A stretch of 64,000 nucleotides of DNA from an uncultured Lachnospiraceae bacterium (lineage in GTDB: Bacteria > Bacillota > Clostridia > Oscillospirales > CAG-272): assembly GCA_964570825.1 (NCBI GenBank), contig CAZMZJ010000002.1:17070-81069 (forward strand), read 5' to 3'. Position 1 is the first letter of the stretch. Each line of letters starts with the position of its first letter. Made by a program: the position numbers and the translations under genes. Below the pieces are notes generated by a model. That model saw only the letters and a list, made by a program, of their open reading frames with translations, was not told the origin of the DNA and made no database searches. Positions 62,265-64,000 of the stretch are shown here, in pieces.

Positions 62265-63302
62265 TTAATCGATATAAATAATTTTTTCACGCGTCTCATC
62301 GGAAAAGACGCCGTAGCGAATGCTTTCGATAATATGGAAAAGGTTTTTAATTTCATTAGACTTGATGCCGAGATATGCGACGGCCGCGGCCGCCTCCGAG
62401 CTGCTTGTGAGAAGAATATTCCTGTCAATACTCAGCTGAATTCTGTCCTTGCTCGAGTCCGAGTTGGTTTCGGAGGCGTTGGCGTAATACTCGCCGTAAA
62501 GAGGCATTATCGCGCCGAAAAAGCCGGCCGGATCAGAAGACGCGGCGGCCTGTTCAAAGTCAGAGGGGCTCAGACGGTAGCCGAAGTCAATAATGTATTT
62601 TTTATACGAAACGCCTGAAAAAGACTTTTTAAGGCGGATCAAACGTCTTATATTTTCGATATCGACCTTCATGCCGAACTGGCGGTGCAGTTCATCGGCT
62701 TCATGGCCTCTGTAGTGCTCTCTGATAAATTTACCGAGCATTCGGTAAAAATGGGTGAAGAGAGCGGTTTCCATCTCGGCCGTATCGGTTTTTTCAAGGT
62801 TGAAGCCGTCCAAAACTCCGGCATACTTGGTCTTTGCCATAAGCTGCGTCAGTTCCGAAAAAGATGCCGCCGAGAGCAGCGACTGCATGTGCTCCGAATA
62901 GCTCATCTCATAGAACTGGGGGATTGTGGCCATGATTTCCGCTTTGTGCAAAAATGAGTTGTTTCTCAGCTGAATAATAATCCTTAGAATAAATTCGATT
63001 TCGCTCCGCAGCGTATAAATTTTAAGGACCTCCTTGTCCGGATCGTACATGAAGTCCGAAAGCTTCTTATAATCCGAGCTGAGGCTCTTTCTTATGAGAG
63101 TTTCAAGGGCGCCCCGCCTTATCATATTTTCGTTGGCGTCTGACATAATTTCCATGTAAAGCGGGTGTTTTTTCAGAAAAGCAACAACGCCGGGTATGCT
63201 GTTCCCTGTGATCAGCTCGTCAAATTCGTTCTTTGTAATGCGCATTCCGTACATTGCTTTTGCTTTGGCGAGAGCCGCGCCGCCTTTAATGTCGGGTCCC
63301 AT
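62265..63302 (-). CDS. ntpC: V/A-type ATPase subunit C (d)
   Basis: 345-aa all-helical protein. Operon position upstream of I. Confidence 0.8.
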   Translation of the reverse strand: MGPDIKGGAALAKAKAMYGMRITKNEFDELITGNSIPGVVAFLKKHPLYMEIMSDANENMIRRGALETLIRKSLSSDYKKLSDFMYDPDKEVLKIYTLRSEIEFILRIIIQLRNNSFLHKAEIMATIPQFYEMSYSEHMQSLLSAASFSELTQLMAKTKYAGVLDGFNLEKTDTAEMETALFTHFYRMLGKFIREHYRGHEADELHRQFGMKVDIENIRRLIRLKKSFSGVSYKKYIIDFGYRLSPSDFEQAAASSDPAGFFGAIMPLYGEYYANASETNSDSSKDRIQLSIDRNILLTSSSEAAAAVAYLGIKSNEIKNLFHIIESIRYGVFSDETREKIIYID

Positions 63303-63366
63303 AAATCATCATCGCCCTTCAAAACAAATTTTACCAATAATAAAGGCCGGTGTGAAAATATCAGCT

Positions 63367-63681
63367 TCATTGCTGTTTCAGAACCGAGCCGACAATATCA
63401 TCCGACCATTTATCGCAATTTGCGTTGAACAGATTTTCAAACTCTTTTAGCTTCCTTGCGTAGTCGGACTTTACCGCTTCGATTTTTTTTGCGTTGTTTT
63501 CCCTTTCGCTCTCGCGAAGGATTGAAAGCTGTCTTTCTGCGTCTTTATACGCCGCGTCCCTTAAGGCTTTGATTTCCTCAGCGGTACTGTTTTCGATTTT
63601 TTGTTTTTCAAGTTCAGCGTTTCTGACAATTTTCTGGGCGTTCTTGTCACACTCCAGTATAGATTCGATCCGACTTTTCAT
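63367..63681 (-). CDS. V/A-type ATPase small coiled-coil stalk subunit (G/H-like)
   Basis: 104-aa charged coiled coil. First gene of the operon. Confidence 0.6.
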   Translation of the reverse strand: MKSRIESILECDKNAQKIVRNAELEKQKIENSTAEEIKALRDAAYKDAERQLSILRESERENNAKKIEAVKSDYARKLKEFENLFNANCDKWSDDIVGSVLKQQ

Positions 63682-64000
63682 TCTGCCGCCGTCCTCCTAT
63701 GTTCAGTCATACGACGAACACAAATTATTTACTAATTTTATACTTATCCTGTTAATAAACAAGCAATAATTATTGCCAATTTGTTAATAATATTTGAACA
63801 AATATATTGCTTTGACGCATAATGATATCAATACGTAAATATGAACAATATTGTATTACAAAATAAAACCGTTTTTACGTCAGAGGCTGATTGCGCGGCA
63901 TTTCTCTTCATTTATATTGATATACCGTTTCCGCGCTTTTATTCTTTATTGCAAAGTTTTGAATTTTCTGTGCATTTTAACCGACGTTAAATTATTTCCG

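Overview
This 64-kb window is a chromosomal segment from a spore-forming Firmicute. Gene order and protein style suggest a Clostridia or Oscillospiraceae-like anaerobe, but that is inference only.

Most of the window is core housekeeping:
- prkC(3' end)-rsgA-thiN-spoVM, ygiQ, prmC, ddl, asnS and tRNA-Pro(CGG).
- An origin-proximal style block, rpmH-rnpA-yidD-yidC-jag, followed by holA and ymdB.
- Divergent from that block: gdpP-rplI-dnaB-tilS-hpt-ftsH, then ppiB and mrnC.
- A ClC channel and a complete nine-gene V/A-type ATPase operon.

Accessory content sits between these blocks:
- Three secreted Thr-rich surface proteins (GLUG-repeat, LamG-like lipoprotein, LTD-like).
- A tight GH2 / Zn-dehydrogenase / flavoprotein / xylose-isomerase-like TIM-barrel cassette.
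- A P-type Ca2+/Mn2+-type ATPase behind what reads as a yybP-ykoY (Mn2+) riboswitch.
- A large polytopic membrane protein of unknown function.
- Two Cys-rich proteins of unknown function.
- Two orphan LplA-like solute-binding lipoproteins.
- A SorC regulator and a GNAT with an unusual leader.
- Two tandem GxDLY-SGNH esterases translationally coupled to mini-RNase III.

I saw no rRNA, CRISPR array, transposase, integrase, phage genes or recognisable defence system. I cannot point to a clearly novel multi-gene system.

The best leads, in order:
1. A shared C-terminal GCGS + TM helix + Lys-cluster tail on two unrelated surface proteins. It looks like an uncharacterised sorting signal. One of the two genes is paired divergently with the large polytopic membrane protein.
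2. The GNAT leader, which has three 20-bp direct repeats, a promoter, about 155 nt of structured RNA, an intrinsic terminator and an overlapping uORF.
3. The GH2-oxidoreductase-TIM-barrel cassette, which resembles oxidative (3-keto) glycoside-cleavage modules.

All homology calls come from motif recognition by eye. No searches or folding computations were run.
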